NCBI GenBank assembly: GCA_021201665.1
Contig: JAJQEO010000003.1
Location: forward strand, 5,416-69,415
Source of the DNA: Lachnospiraceae bacterium
GTDB taxonomy: Bacteria > Bacillota > Clostridia > Lachnospirales > Lachnospiraceae
DNA length: 64,000 nucleotides
Direction of reading: 5' to 3'
The notes beneath the pieces were generated by a model. The model ran no database searches. It saw only the letters and a program-made list of their open reading frames with translations, and had not been told where the DNA came from. Shown piece by piece: positions 11,208 to 21,216 of this stretch. The first letter of the stretch is position 1, and every line of letters starts with the position of its first letter. The position numbers were made by a program, and so were the translations under genes.

Positions 11208-11747
11208 ATGTCACGTATAGGAAGAATGCCAGTGGCAATCCCGGCAGGAGTTAGTGTCACGATTGCAGAAGGAAACGAGGTTACAGTAAAAGGACCGAAA
11301 GGCACTCTTGTACGAGTGCTTCCGAAAGAGATGGAGATCAAAGAGGAAGCCGGCCAGGTGGTTGTTTCACGGCCGAACGACCTGAAGAAAATGAAGTCTC
11401 TTCACGGACTTACCAGAACGCTCATTCACAATATGGTAGTTGGCGTGAGCGAGGGCTATTCCAAGACACTTGAGATCAACGGTGTCGGCTACAGAGCACA
11501 GAAGTCCGGCAGCAAGCTGACTCTGACGCTTGGTTATTCACATCCGGTGGAAATGACAGACCCGGAGGGGATTGAGACGAAGGTAGACGGCAACAAAATC
11601 ATCGTGTCAGGTATCAGCAAGGAAAAGGTCGGCCAGTATGCTGCTGAAATCCGTGAAAAGAGAAAACCGGAGCCGTATAAGGGCAAGGGTATCAAGTACG
11701 CGGATGAGGTGATCAGACGCAAGGTTGGCAAGACCGGTAAGAAATAA
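11208..11747 (+). CDS. rplF: 50S ribosomal protein L6
   Basis: [15 protein letters not shown]. Confidence 0.99.
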   Translation: MSRIGRMPVAIPAGVSVTIAEGNEVTVKGPKGTLVRVLPKEMEIKEEAGQVVVSRPNDLKKMKSLHGLTRTLIHNMVVGVSEGYSKTLEINGVGYRAQKSGSKLTLTLGYSHPVEMTDPEGIETKVDGNKIIVSGISKEKVGQYAAEIREKRKPEPYKGKGIKYADEVIRRKVGKTGKK

Positions 11748-11764
11748 GTGAGGAGAGTGCGAAG

Positions 11765-12133
11765 ATGATCAATAAGAAATCAAGGACAGAAGTTCGTTTG
11801 AATAAACATAAGAGGATTCGCAACCGCTTCAGCGGTACAGCCGAGAGACCTCGTCTTGCCGTGTTCCGCAGCAACAAGCACATGTATGTGCAGATTATTG
11901 ACGACACGGTCGGCCACACCCTTGTTTCCGCGAGTACTCTCCAGAAGGAGATCAGTTCCGAGCTCGAGCAGACCGATAACGTGGATGCGGCAGCTTATCT
12001 TGGCAAGGTGATTGCCGAGAGAGCACTTGAAAAGGGCATCAAGGAGGTCGTGTTCGACAGAGGCGGATTTATCTATCAGGGCAAAGTAAAGGCACTGGCC
12101 GAGGCTGCCAGAGAAGCCGGGCTGGAATTCTAA
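11765..12133 (+). CDS. rplR: 50S ribosomal protein L18
   Basis: [17 protein letters not shown]. Confidence 0.99.
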   Translation: MINKKSRTEVRLNKHKRIRNRFSGTAERPRLAVFRSNKHMYVQIIDDTVGHTLVSASTLQKEISSELEQTDNVDAAAYLGKVIAERALEKGIKEVVFDRGGFIYQGKVKALAEAAREAGLEF

Positions 12134-12148
12134 GAGGAGGAAAAACAC

Positions 12149-12664
12149 ATGAGACATGAGATCATTGACCCGAAACAGTTCGGCGAGGAGCTGACTGACA
12201 AGGTTGTGGCGATTAAGCGTGTATCCAAGACAGTAAAGGGTGGACGTACCATGCGTTTTACCGCTCTTGTAGTCGTAGGCGACGGCAATGGCCACGTAGG
12301 CGCGGGCCTTGGCAAAGCAATTGAAATTCCGGAGGCAATCCGCAAGGGCAAAGAGGATGCCATGAAAAAGATGATGACGGTTCCGCTCAGCCCGGAGGCA
12401 AGCGTACCGTATGACATGATCGGAAAGTTCGGCGGCGCGAGTGTGCTGCTTAAGAGGGCTCCGGAAGGTACCGGTATCATCGCCGGCGGTCCGGTGCGAA
12501 GCGTGCTGGAGATTGCCGGAGTCAAGAATATCCGTACAAAGTCACTTGGTTCAAACAACAAACAGAACGTTGTCCTGGCCACACTTGAAGCACTGAAGCA
12601 GATGAAGTCTCCGGAAGAAGTGGCGAGACTCCGCGGAAAATCTGTGGAAGAGATTCTGGGATAA
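12149..12664 (+). CDS. rpsE: 30S ribosomal protein S5
   Basis: [18 protein letters not shown]. Confidence 0.99.
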   Translation: MRHEIIDPKQFGEELTDKVVAIKRVSKTVKGGRTMRFTALVVVGDGNGHVGAGLGKAIEIPEAIRKGKEDAMKKMMTVPLSPEASVPYDMIGKFGGASVLLKRAPEGTGIIAGGPVRSVLEIAGVKNIRTKSLGSNNKQNVVLATLEALKQMKSPEEVARLRGKSVEEILG

Positions 12665-12677
12665 GGAGAGAGCAATC

Positions 12678-12860
12678 ATGGCAGACAAATTAAAGGTAAC
12701 ACTGGTAAAGTCGCCAATCGGCGCGATCCCGAAGCACCGCGCGACGGTAAAGGCGCTTGGCCTTACGAAGATGCACAAGACTGTGGAGCTTCCGAATAAC
12801 AATGCCACACTCGGCATGGTGAAGCAGGTTTCTTACCTGGTAAAGGTAGAAGAGGCGTAA
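12678..12860 (+). CDS. rpmD: 50S ribosomal protein L30
   Basis: VTLVKSPIG, TVKALGL. Confidence 0.97.
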   Translation: MADKLKVTLVKSPIGAIPKHRATVKALGLTKMHKTVELPNNNATLGMVKQVSYLVKVEEA

Positions 12861-12951
12861 CTGTGAGAGTAATGCACAACTGCAGGGAAGCTAATAAGTG
12901 AATCGGAACGTCCCTGGTTCTGAGGATCAGGGACAGGTAAAGGAGAGCATT

Positions 12952-13392
12952 ATGGAATTATCTAATTTAAGTCCGGCTGCGGGCAGTGTTCACAGCAATA
13001 ACTTCAGACGCGGCCGCGGTCATGGATCTGGAAACGGCAAGACAGCCGGCAAGGGGCACAAGGGTCAGAAGGCTCGTTCCGGAGCTCCGAGAATCGGTTT
13101 TGAAGGCGGACAGATGCCATTGTATCGCCGCCTTCCGAAGAGAGGCTTTAAAAACAGAAATTCGCTTGACATCGAGGCAATCAATATCAGTGAGCTGGAG
13201 AGATTTGATGATGATACTGTAGTTACCATTGATATGCTGATGGAGAACGGCATCATAAAGAGCCCGAAGGACGGCGTAAAGGTACTTGGAAACGGTACGC
13301 TCACAAAGAAGCTGACAGTTCAGGTGAATGCGTTCAGCGAGGGCGCGAAGGCTAAGATCGAGGAGCTCGGTGGAAAAGCAGAGGTGATCTGA
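12952..13392 (+). CDS. rplO: 50S ribosomal protein L15
   Basis: GRGHGSGNGKTAG, GFEGGQMPLYRRLPKRGF; RBS before ATG 12952. Confidence 0.98.
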   Translation: MELSNLSPAAGSVHSNNFRRGRGHGSGNGKTAGKGHKGQKARSGAPRIGFEGGQMPLYRRLPKRGFKNRNSLDIEAINISELERFDDDTVVTIDMLMENGIIKSPKDGVKVLGNGTLTKKLTVQVNAFSEGAKAKIEELGGKAEVI

Positions 13393-14705
13393 TGTTAGAG
13401 ACACTCACAAACATGTTCCGGATCAAAGAAATCCGGAAAAAGCTGTTCTACACCTTCCTGATGATAATTGTGATCCGTTTTGGATCACAGTTACCGGTGC
13501 CTGGCGTGGACAGAGATTATTTTGCGTCGTGGTTTTCGTCCTATTCGAATGACGCGTTCAACTTCTTCTCGGCATTTACGGGAGGCTCCTTCGAAAATAT
13601 GTCGATTTTCGCTTTGAGCATCACTCCGTATATTACTTCATCCATTATCATTCAGCTGCTCACGATTGCCATTCCGGCACTCGAGGAGATGCACAGAGAT
13701 GGAGAAGATGGCAGAAAGAAGATTACGCAGATCACGAGATATACAACAGTCGGACTGGCTCTGATCGAGAGTATCGCGATGACGATCGGCTTCGGAAGAA
13801 GCGGTCTGCTTGAAGAGTTTAACGCGATCAATGTGATCACCGTAATCGTAGCTCTTGTGGCCGGCAGCACGATGTTGATGTGGATCGGCGAACGCATTAC
13901 AGAGAAAGGCGTCGGGAACGGTATTTCCATCGTCCTGATGGTCAACATCCTTTCGAGCGTTCCGTCTGATTTTGTCAGCCTCTACGGCCTGTTTATTGAA
14001 GGAAAGACGATTGCGAGAGGCGTTCTTGCAGGCCTGATTATTCTGGCGGTTGTCCTTCTGACCGTGATTCTGGTTATCTTCCTGAATGGCGGCGAGAGAA
14101 GAATCCCCGTGCAGTACGCGAAGAAAATGCAGGGAAGAAAGATGGTAGGCGGCCAGTCTACGAACATTCCGCTGAAGGTCAATACCGCAGGCGTTATCCC
14201 AGTTATCTTTGCGTCTTCGCTGATGTCCATCCCATCCATGGTAGTAAGCTTTGCCGGCATCAGCACATCCGGGATCGGCGCGACCATTATCAGCATGCTC
14301 AGCCAGAACAACTGGTTTAACTTAAGCCATCCAGAGTATTCGATTGGTCTGATTCTGTATATCGTGCTGATCGTGTTCTTTGCATATTTCTACACCTCTA
14401 TCACCTTTAACCCGATAGAGGTAGCGGATAATATCAAAAAGCAGGGCGGATTCATCCCCGGCATTCGTCCGGGAAAGCCGACCACGGAATATCTGGACAA
14501 GGTGCTTGGCAACCTCGTGTTTATCGGCGCTGTGGGTCTGATCATTGTCGTGCTTGTGCCGATCTTCTTCAACGGTGTATTTGGTGCGTCCGTATCCTTT
14601 GGCGGCACTTCGATCATCATTATCGTTGGCGTCATTCTGGAGACCCTCAAGCAGATCGAATCGCAGATGGTTGTCCGCAACTACAAGGGATTCCTGATGG
14701 AGTAA
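13392..14705 (+). CDS. secY: Preprotein translocase subunit SecY
   Basis: SIFALSITPYITSSII, GNGIS, IPGIRPG. Confidence 0.99.
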   Translation: MLETLTNMFRIKEIRKKLFYTFLMIIVIRFGSQLPVPGVDRDYFASWFSSYSNDAFNFFSAFTGGSFENMSIFALSITPYITSSIIIQLLTIAIPALEEMHRDGEDGRKKITQITRYTTVGLALIESIAMTIGFGRSGLLEEFNAINVITVIVALVAGSTMLMWIGERITEKGVGNGISIVLMVNILSSVPSDFVSLYGLFIEGKTIARGVLAGLIILAVVLLTVILVIFLNGGERRIPVQYAKKMQGRKMVGGQSTNIPLKVNTAGVIPVIFASSLMSIPSMVVSFAGISTSGIGATIISMLSQNNWFNLSHPEYSIGLILYIVLIVFFAYFYTSITFNPIEVADNIKKQGGFIPGIRPGKPTTEYLDKVLGNLVFIGAVGLIIVVLVPIFFNGVFGASVSFGGTSIIIIVGVILETLKQIESQMVVRNYKGFLME

Positions 14706-15053
14706 GCAGCAGGAGATTGCCGCACAACTGCTGCGGTGGGGAGAAAAGCCCCACCCACATATTGGCGGATATCCCACCACAGGGCGGCGGTACTTAAGAG
14801 AAATTCTGGGAAACTGCTTCTTGCAGTTTTCCAGATCATAAGAGTGTACTTTCATTTTCATGAGGCAGCAGGCCTGACAATTATAGTCGTATGGAATCCA
14901 CCGGCAAGCCGGTTCCCCTTATGACATATGATGAGTATGGGGAAGCTGCTTCACAGTGTCCTGCTTTATCGAGTGTCGAGTATACCTCGGTGGCAAACCA
15001 GACGCTTGAAAATGAGAGTACACTATAATGGGTTATAGGAAGGAGTATCATCT

Positions 15054-15722
15054 ATGAAGATTGTCATGCTTGGTGCGCCGGGGGCCGGAAAAGGGACTCA
15101 GGCGAAGATGATCGCTGCGAAATATCAGGTTCCACACATTTCATCCGGAGATATTTTCCGGACGAATATAAAAAACGGCACGGAGCTTGGAAAAAAGGCG
15201 AAAGAATACATTGACCAGGGACTTCTGGTTCCGGATGAGCTGACGGTGGATCTGGTGATTGACCGTGTTTCCTGGGATGATTGTAAAAATGGTTATATTC
15301 TTGATGGATTCCCACGCACGATTCCGCAGGCGGAGGCTCTGGACGCAGCACTGAAGAAGAGTGCTTCCGGGCTGGAGAACGGAACAAAAGCGACTCTTGA
15401 TTTTGCAATCAATGTAGATGTACCAGATGAAAATATTGTCACGAGGATGTCAGGAAGAAGAGCCTGCCTAGGGTGCGGAGCCACATACCACATCATTTAT
15501 AATCCTTCGAAAAAGGGAGATATCTGCGAGGTTTGCGGCGAAAGCCTGGTTCTGCGCGATGATGATAAACCGGAAACCGTGCAGAAAAGACTGTCCGTTT
15601 ACCATGACCAGACACAGCCGCTGATCGACTATTACACCAGCCAGGGCATTTTGAAGACCGTTGACGGCACACAGGATATGAACGATGTGTTTGCCGCAAT
15701 CGTCAAAATTCTGGAGGCGTAA
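15054..15722 (+). CDS. adk: Adenylate kinase (Zn-lid type)
   Basis: GAPGAGKGT, LDGFPRT, CxxC...CxxC lid. Confidence 0.99.
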   Translation: MKIVMLGAPGAGKGTQAKMIAAKYQVPHISSGDIFRTNIKNGTELGKKAKEYIDQGLLVPDELTVDLVIDRVSWDDCKNGYILDGFPRTIPQAEALDAALKKSASGLENGTKATLDFAINVDVPDENIVTRMSGRRACLGCGATYHIIYNPSKKGDICEVCGESLVLRDDDKPETVQKRLSVYHDQTQPLIDYYTSQGILKTVDGTQDMNDVFAAIVKILEA

Positions 15723-15723
15723 A

Positions 15724-16479
15724 ATGGCCGTATCAGTGAAATCCGCGCATGAAATAGAATTGATGAGAGAAGCCGGAAGACTTCTGAATATTGTTCATAA
15801 GGAGCTGGCGGCGGCAATCCGCCCGGGAGTATCGACCTGGGAGCTGGACAAAATCGGCGCAGATGTGATCCGCAGCTTTGGCTGCACGCCCAATTTTCTC
15901 AATTATAACGGCTTTCCCGCTTCCTTCTGCATTTCCATAAATGAAGAAGTGGTTCACGGGATCCCCAGCAAAAAGAGAATTCTGAAGGAGGGCGACATCG
16001 TGAGCGTCGACGCCGGCCTGATTTATAAGGGAATGCATTCAGACGCGGCCCGCACCTATGGAGTGGGGCGTATTTCGCCGGAAGCACAGCAGCTGATTGA
16101 TGTGACCAGGGAATCCTTCTTCCGCGGAATTGCGATGGCCAGGGACGGACACAGGCTGCACGAGATCTCCGCGGCCGTGAACGATTATGTAGATCAGTTT
16201 GGATACGGAGTGGTGCGTGACCTCGTCGGACACGGGATCGGCCATGCACTCCATGAGGATCCTCAGATCCCGAATTTCCGGCAGAAAAGCAGAGGCATCC
16301 GCCTGGTGAAGGGCATGACCCTGGCAGTCGAGCCAATGATCACAGCCGGCCGGGCCGATGTAGAATGGCTGGATGACAACTGGACCGTGGTGACCGAGGA
16401 TGGCAGCCTAGCGGCGCACTATGAGAATACGATTCTGGTTACAGATGGAGAGCCTGAGATTCTTTCGCTTGCGGAGTGA
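15724..16479 (+). CDS. map: Type I methionine aminopeptidase
   Basis: CISINEEVVHGIP, GHGIG, HEDP, AAHYENT. Confidence 0.98.
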   Translation: MAVSVKSAHEIELMREAGRLLNIVHKELAAAIRPGVSTWELDKIGADVIRSFGCTPNFLNYNGFPASFCISINEEVVHGIPSKKRILKEGDIVSVDAGLIYKGMHSDAARTYGVGRISPEAQQLIDVTRESFFRGIAMARDGHRLHEISAAVNDYVDQFGYGVVRDLVGHGIGHALHEDPQIPNFRQKSRGIRLVKGMTLAVEPMITAGRADVEWLDDNWTVVTEDGSLAAHYENTILVTDGEPEILSLAE

Positions 16480-16551
16480 TAGCATTAAGTTGTTTCGCAA
16501 CAGGTCATTCGTATGACGCAGGTATACAACGACAGGGAAGGTACGAAGAAC

Positions 16552-16896
16552 ATGAATGTCTGGACATCGAAAATGCTCGCTATGTCTTTGGCAGGTCACG
16601 ATAAGGGCAGCCTGTATGTGGTGCTGGAAGAAAAGTCTGGCACCGACGGCACCGACAGCTATTTACTTTCAGACGGCAAGCATCGTACGCTGAGCCATCC
16701 CAAAAGAAAAAACGCAAAGCACGTGCAGCTGATCACGCATCTGCCGGACACGGTACTGGCGCGGATGCAGGAAATCACACTGGACGCGCATGTCCGTAAA
16801 ATACTGAAAAATTATTCCGCAAGTGTGCGCCAGCAGGACGCAAAGGATAGCAGCGGAATTATGATCGAAGCAGTCAAATTACAAGTGAAGCAGTAA
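16552..16896 (+). CDS. KOW-domain RNA-binding protein (L14e-like) with extended C-terminus
   Basis: SLAGHDKG, DGKHR, PKRKNAKH; usual position between map and infA. Confidence 0.8.
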   Translation: MNVWTSKMLAMSLAGHDKGSLYVVLEEKSGTDGTDSYLLSDGKHRTLSHPKRKNAKHVQLITHLPDTVLARMQEITLDAHVRKILKNYSASVRQQDAKDSSGIMIEAVKLQVKQ

Positions 16897-16992
16897 AACC
16901 ACGAGCGAAGCAGCCTTATCACAAGTGAAGCAGTAAAACCACGTGTGAAGCAGCAAAACCATAAGTGAAGCAGTGTAATCATGAGTGCGCAG
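16861..16992. repeat. 20-bp tandem minisatellite, 6 full units plus a partial, consensus ACAAGTGAAGCAGTAAAACC
   Basis: GAAGCAG recurs exactly every 20 bp from 16867. Confidence 0.9.
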
Positions 16993-17069
16993 GAGTTTAA
17001 ACGCCCAATAGAAGCTTTAAAAGCTCCACGGTTGTTTTATATAGCATGATAAAAGTCATGGAGGTATGT

Positions 17070-17288
17070 ATGTCTAAGGCAGATGTCATAGAAGTAGAAG
17101 GCAAAGTAATTGAGAAGCTTCCGAACGCGATGTTTCGGGTGGAGCTGGAAAATAAGCATGTCGTGCTTGCGCATATCAGCGGCAAGCTCCGCATGAATTT
17201 TATTCGGATCCTTCCAGGCGATAAAGTAACGATCGAGTTATCTCCTTACGATCTTACAAAGGGGAGAATTATCTGGAGAGATAAATAA
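17070..17288 (+). CDS. infA: Translation initiation factor IF-1
   Basis: [27 protein letters not shown]. Confidence 0.99.
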   Translation: MSKADVIEVEGKVIEKLPNAMFRVELENKHVVLAHISGKLRMNFIRILPGDKVTIELSPYDLTKGRIIWRDK

Positions 17289-17358
17289 GAGAGATGTTTG
17301 GACAGGGATTTCAGGACAATGTGTGCCATAAGCCTGCTGCAAAATCCGAAAAAAGTGA

Positions 17359-17387
17359 TTGACACAAAAACGGATTCTTACTATAAT
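17359..17387 (+). promoter_or_regulatory. Consensus sigma-A promoter of rplM-rpsI
   Basis: TTGACA-17bp-TATAAT. Confidence 0.9.
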
Positions 17388-17544
17388 ATACCAGTGTGTC
17401 GCCCAAACACACTGTATTTTGGTGTGCGGGAGACTTTATGTTTTCGTTGCTTTAAGGCTGTATGACATTATGACAGGCAGCTGACAGAGGTGTTTGCGGC
17501 ATTAGCAGCACCGTTAAAGAAGCAGCGGAAAATGATTCAGATAG

Positions 17545-17582
17545 ATAAATGTTCGAGCCAAAGCCCCGGTAGAGCATTTTCT
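17545..17582 (+). ncRNA. L13 leader-like element
   Basis: aaatgttc...gagcattt stem enclosing AAGCCCCGG, as in Firmicutes L13 leaders. Confidence 0.5.
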
Positions 17583-17828
17583 TCATAAAAGCCCATGTAG
17601 TGTTTCTGAAAAAATATCTGGAGAATTTTCTGAAATATTTCAGAGGACATTCTGAAAAATCGGGAATGTTCCAGAAAAGAGACGTCAGTGGGACGGTCGG
17701 GAGGACGGAAATAAGCCTCTGTTTGCCCGGTAACTAACTGGAAAGCCACCGCGAACGCAAAAGAGAGCGGCGGCTGTGTTGTCAGCTTTCTATAAAGAAT
17801 GACAGCCGATGAGTAAGGAGGAACCCTA

Positions 17829-18257
17829 ATGAAGACAGAGATGGTTAATCCAGCCACGATAGAGAGAAAATGGTATGTAGTGGATGCTACGGATAAGACC
17901 CTTGGCCGTCTGGCATCCGAGGTTGCCAGCATATTAAGAGGAAAGAAAAAACCGATCTTTACCCCGCACCTGGATCTGGGTGATTATGTCATCGTTATAA
18001 ACGCGAGCAAAGTCAAGGTGACCGGTAAGAAGCTGGATCAGAAGATTTATTATCATCATTCTGATTACGTAGGAGGCATGAAGGAGACTACCCTTCGCAA
18101 AATGCTTGCTACCAAGCCGGAGCGCGTGATTGAGATGGCAGTAAAAGGTATGCTTCCGAAAGGACCGCTTGGCAGAGAGATGTACAGAAAGCTTTATGTA
18201 TATGCGGGACCGGATCACAAGCAGCAGGCACAGAAGCCGGAAGAGCTGACATTCTAA
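17829..18257 (+). CDS. rplM: 50S ribosomal protein L13
   Basis: WYVVDA, LGRLAS, VKGMLPK. Confidence 0.99.
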   Translation: MKTEMVNPATIERKWYVVDATDKTLGRLASEVASILRGKKKPIFTPHLDLGDYVIVINASKVKVTGKKLDQKIYYHHSDYVGGMKETTLRKMLATKPERVIEMAVKGMLPKGPLGREMYRKLYVYAGPDHKQQAQKPEELTF

Positions 18258-18274
18258 GAGGGAGGTAAAGAACA

Positions 18275-18667
18275 TTGGCTAAGGAAAAATTCTACGGAAC
18301 AGGAAGAAGAAAAAAATCAGTTGCCAGAGTATATCTGATCCCGGGCACCGGCAAGATCACGATCAATAAAAGAGACATTGACGACTACTTCGGACTTGAG
18401 ACCCTGAAGGTGATTGTTCGCCAGCCGCTCGTCGCGACCGAGACCCTCGGCAAGTTCGACGTACAGGTGAACGTATATGGCGGCGGTACGACCGGTCAGG
18501 CAGGCGCGATCCGCCACGGCATCTCCAGAGCACTGCTTCAGGCAGACAATGACTACCGCCCGACTCTGAAGTCCGCAGGTTACCTCACCCGTGACCCGAG
18601 AATGAAAGAGCGTAAGAAGTACGGCCTCAAGGCAGCCCGTCGCGCGCCGCAGTTCAGCAAGCGTTAA
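18275..18667 (+). CDS. rpsI: 30S ribosomal protein S9
   Basis: [28 protein letters not shown]. Confidence 0.99.
   Translation: MAKEKFYGTGRRKKSVARVYLIPGTGKITINKRDIDDYFGLETLKVIVRQPLVATETLGKFDVQVNVYGGGTTGQAGAIRHGISRALLQADNDYRPTLKSAGYLTRDPRMKERKKYGLKAARRAPQFSKR
18617..18667 (+). repeat. Left att site (last 17 codons of rpsI)
   Basis: 17-bp identical core AAGTACGGCCTCAAGGC shared with 60564. Confidence 0.92.
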
Positions 18668-18697
18668 TCGGCTGGATTTTTACAATCGAAAATGCTC

Positions 18698-18735
18698 AAA
18701 AACCCCGGAAATACGCCATTTCCGGGGTTTTTCTT
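18698..18735 (+). terminator. ICE-supplied intrinsic terminator for rpsI
   Basis: aaaaaccccggaaat-acgcc-atttccggggttttt. Confidence 0.9.
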
Positions 18736-18803
18736 ATATGATTTTCTTTGATTCGGTTTCGCTGATTTTGACGAAATTTGACCCTCTTTAACCCGGTTTT
18801 TCC

Positions 18804-18863
18804 TGATTAAAAATGGGGCAACCGGCCTTTTTGAACCCGTTTTGATTAAAAAATGGGGCAACC
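18804..18863. repeat. Putative integrase arm-type sites, TGATTA-A(n)-TGGGGCAACC x2
   Basis: Copies at 18804-18823 and 18843-18863; related copies at the right end, 60470-60503. Confidence 0.7.
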
Positions 18864-19088
18864 AAGAGGGCTGATCGACCCGATTTTGAGCCTCAATTTT
18901 CGTCCTGCTGTTCTGCGAAGATGACATGAAAAATGCGGCGGGTACGGTTGATAGGGTTTCGCTGGATTTGACCAAATCTGATATTTTCAAATCGAGTTTA
19001 TATGGTTTACCCTTGGACTTTAGTGTTCTCACATTTGCGTCTCCCCTGCTTCCTTTATATGATGGAGACACAAGGAGGTCTGAACGCT

Positions 19089-19265
19089 ATGATGAGAAAA
19101 CAGAAACGCTATTTATATCTGAACGCCGAAGAAACCAGCGTGGTGCTGCAGAGCCTGATCCGCCTGAAAAATGCCCTCATCCGTGAAGGCCGCTATACCG
19201 ACTGCGTGGATGAGCTGATTGTGAAAGTCACGGAAGCGCCCATAAAGAAATTCAAAATTACATAA
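19089..19265 (+). CDS. Small ICE hypothetical protein
   Basis: AAGGAGG RBS; similar to 46292-46480. Confidence 0.7.
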   Translation: MMRKQKRYLYLNAEETSVVLQSLIRLKNALIREGRYTDCVDELIVKVTEAPIKKFKIT

Positions 19266-19279
19266 CCCCAACTGAAGCT

Positions 19280-19317
19280 GGCCGTTTATTCTGTAAAAAG
19301 AGTAGACGGCCTTTTTT
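19280..19317 (+). terminator. Intrinsic terminator-like hairpin
   Basis: ggccgtttattct/agagtagacggcc stem followed by T6. Confidence 0.7.
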
Positions 19318-19484
19318 CATTTCCGTACATAGCCGTCGCGTCACCGCAAGCTCCGCAGCATTCGCTTCCGTATAAACACGAAAGCTCATTTACTCCGCTG
19401 CGGTTCCTTTTCCCAAAAAGTCTTGCGACTTTTTGGGAGCCCTGTGACGCAGGCGGCTAAATCTATGTAAAGGAGGAACCTGTT

Positions 19485-20303
19485 ATGGCGAAAACAAAGG
19501 TGATTTCCGTGGCAAACCAAAAAGGCGGCGTTGGAAAAAGTACCAGTGTGTACTGTATCGGCGCTGGGCTGGCTATGGAGGGCAAGAAAGTCCTGCTGTT
19601 GGATGTAGACCCCCAGGGCGATCTGACCAAGATGCTGGGCCTTCGTAAGCCTCATGAGCTACCCCAAACGCTGGGCAATGTCATGAACGATGTAATCAGC
19701 GGCATCCCGCCTGATGGACACCCGGAAATCCAGCATCATCGGGAGGGCTTTGACTTTGTGCCGGGGAATCGCTCCCTGACCGCCGTGGAAACCGGGCTGG
19801 TGAATGTTATGAGCCGGGAAACGGTACTGCGGCAGTATGTGGACAGCGTGAAGCAGGACTATGACTATGTACTGCTGGATTGCCGTCCCTCTCTCGGTAT
19901 GCTGGTTATCAACGCGCTGGCTGCTTCGGATCATGTGCTGATTCCGGTGCAGGCAGACTATCTGGCCGCTGAGGACATGACGGAGTTGATCGGCACGGTA
20001 CAGAGCATCAAGCGTCAGATTCGCCCCACCCTGAAGGTGGGCGGCGTATTTCTGACTATGGCCAATGAGACCAACTTCCGCAAGGATGTGGTCAAATCGG
20101 TTCGGGAGAGCTACGGGAAACATTTGCCCGTCCTGAACGCCGTTATTCCTGCAACGGTAAGGCTGGCGGAAATCAGCACGGCAGACAAGAGCATCTTTTT
20201 GCATGAACCCAGAGGGCGTGCGGCGGATGCGTATCGTGGGCTTGTGAAGGAGGTGATGGAGATTGGCGAAAAACAGCGTGGCCGATCTGCTGAATGTAGA
20301 TAG
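19485..20303 (+). CDS. parA: ParA/Soj-family ATPase
   Basis: NQKGGVGKST, DVDPQG, DCRPSLG. Confidence 0.95.
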   Translation: MAKTKVISVANQKGGVGKSTSVYCIGAGLAMEGKKVLLLDVDPQGDLTKMLGLRKPHELPQTLGNVMNDVISGIPPDGHPEIQHHREGFDFVPGNRSLTAVETGLVNVMSRETVLRQYVDSVKQDYDYVLLDCRPSLGMLVINALAASDHVLIPVQADYLAAEDMTELIGTVQSIKRQIRPTLKVGGVFLTMANETNFRKDVVKSVRESYGKHLPVLNAVIPATVRLAEISTADKSIFLHEPRGRAADAYRGLVKEVMEIGEKQRGRSAECR

Positions 20304-21216
20304 CCTGTTTACCACCGAGGCTGAGCGCGAGGACGCGAAGCGGGAGCGTGTGCAGGAGATTCCGCTGACAGAAATCAGCGACTTTCCCAATCACCCTTTT
20401 CATGTCCGCATGGATGAAAGCATGACAGAGATGGCAGACAGCGTGAAGCAGTACGGCGTACTTGTCCCCGCGCTGGTTCGTCCAAGGTCAGAGGGCGGTT
20501 ATGAAATGGTAGCTGGTCACAGGCGCAAGGCAGCCAGTGAGCTGGCAGGCAAGACTGTTGTACCATGTATCGTTCGAGAACTGTCGGATGAGGAAGCCGT
20601 TATTATCATGGTGGACTCCAATCTCCAGCGGGAACAGATACTGCCGTCAGAAAAGGCGTTTGCCTATAAGATGAAGCTGGATGCGATGAAGCGACAGGCT
20701 GGCAGACCGAGCAAAGGAAATCCTGCCCCAGTGGGGCAGAATTTCGGTATCACATCACGAGAAGCATTAGCACAGAAATCTCCCGACAGCGACTCTCAGA
20801 TTCAACGCTATATCCGCCTAACCCACCTTATCCCCGGTATTCTGGAACTGGTGGACAACTCCGTTCTCCGGGAAAAAGACACCTTGCAAGTGGCAATGCG
20901 GCCAGCGGTGGAGCTTTCCTACCTGACTGAAACAGAGCAGCAAAGCCTGCTGGAAATCATGCAGAGCGAGGATTGCACCCCCTCCCATGCCCAGGCTATC
21001 AAAATGCGGCAGTTTTCCCAAAATGGCAAGCTGGATGAAAATGTGCTGCTTTCCATCATGCAGGAGGAAAAGGGCAACCAAAAAGAGCAATTCCGTATGC
21101 CCAAGGAGCGGATCAGCAAGTATTTTGCGCCGGGGACGCCCGCGCAGAAGATTGAGGACACCATTGTAAAGGCACTGGAGCTGTACCGTAAACGCCAGCG
21201 GGACATGGAACGATGA
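20263..21216 (+). CDS. parB: ParB/Spo0J-family partition protein
   Basis: GYEMVAGHRR, MVDSNLQRE; TTG start overlapping parA. Confidence 0.95.
   Translation: MAKNSVADLLNVDSLFTTEAEREDAKRERVQEIPLTEISDFPNHPFHVRMDESMTEMADSVKQYGVLVPALVRPRSEGGYEMVAGHRRKAASELAGKTVVPCIVRELSDEEAVIIMVDSNLQREQILPSEKAFAYKMKLDAMKRQAGRPSKGNPAPVGQNFGITSREALAQKSPDSDSQIQRYIRLTHLIPGILELVDNSVLREKDTLQVAMRPAVELSYLTETEQQSLLEIMQSEDCTPSHAQAIKMRQFSQNGKLDENVLLSIMQEEKGNQKEQFRMPKERISKYFAPGTPAQKIEDTIVKALELYRKRQRDMER

Noticed and set aside
16861-16992. CRISPR interpretation of the 20-bp repeats
   Set aside because: Units are contiguous with no unique spacers and there are no cas genes
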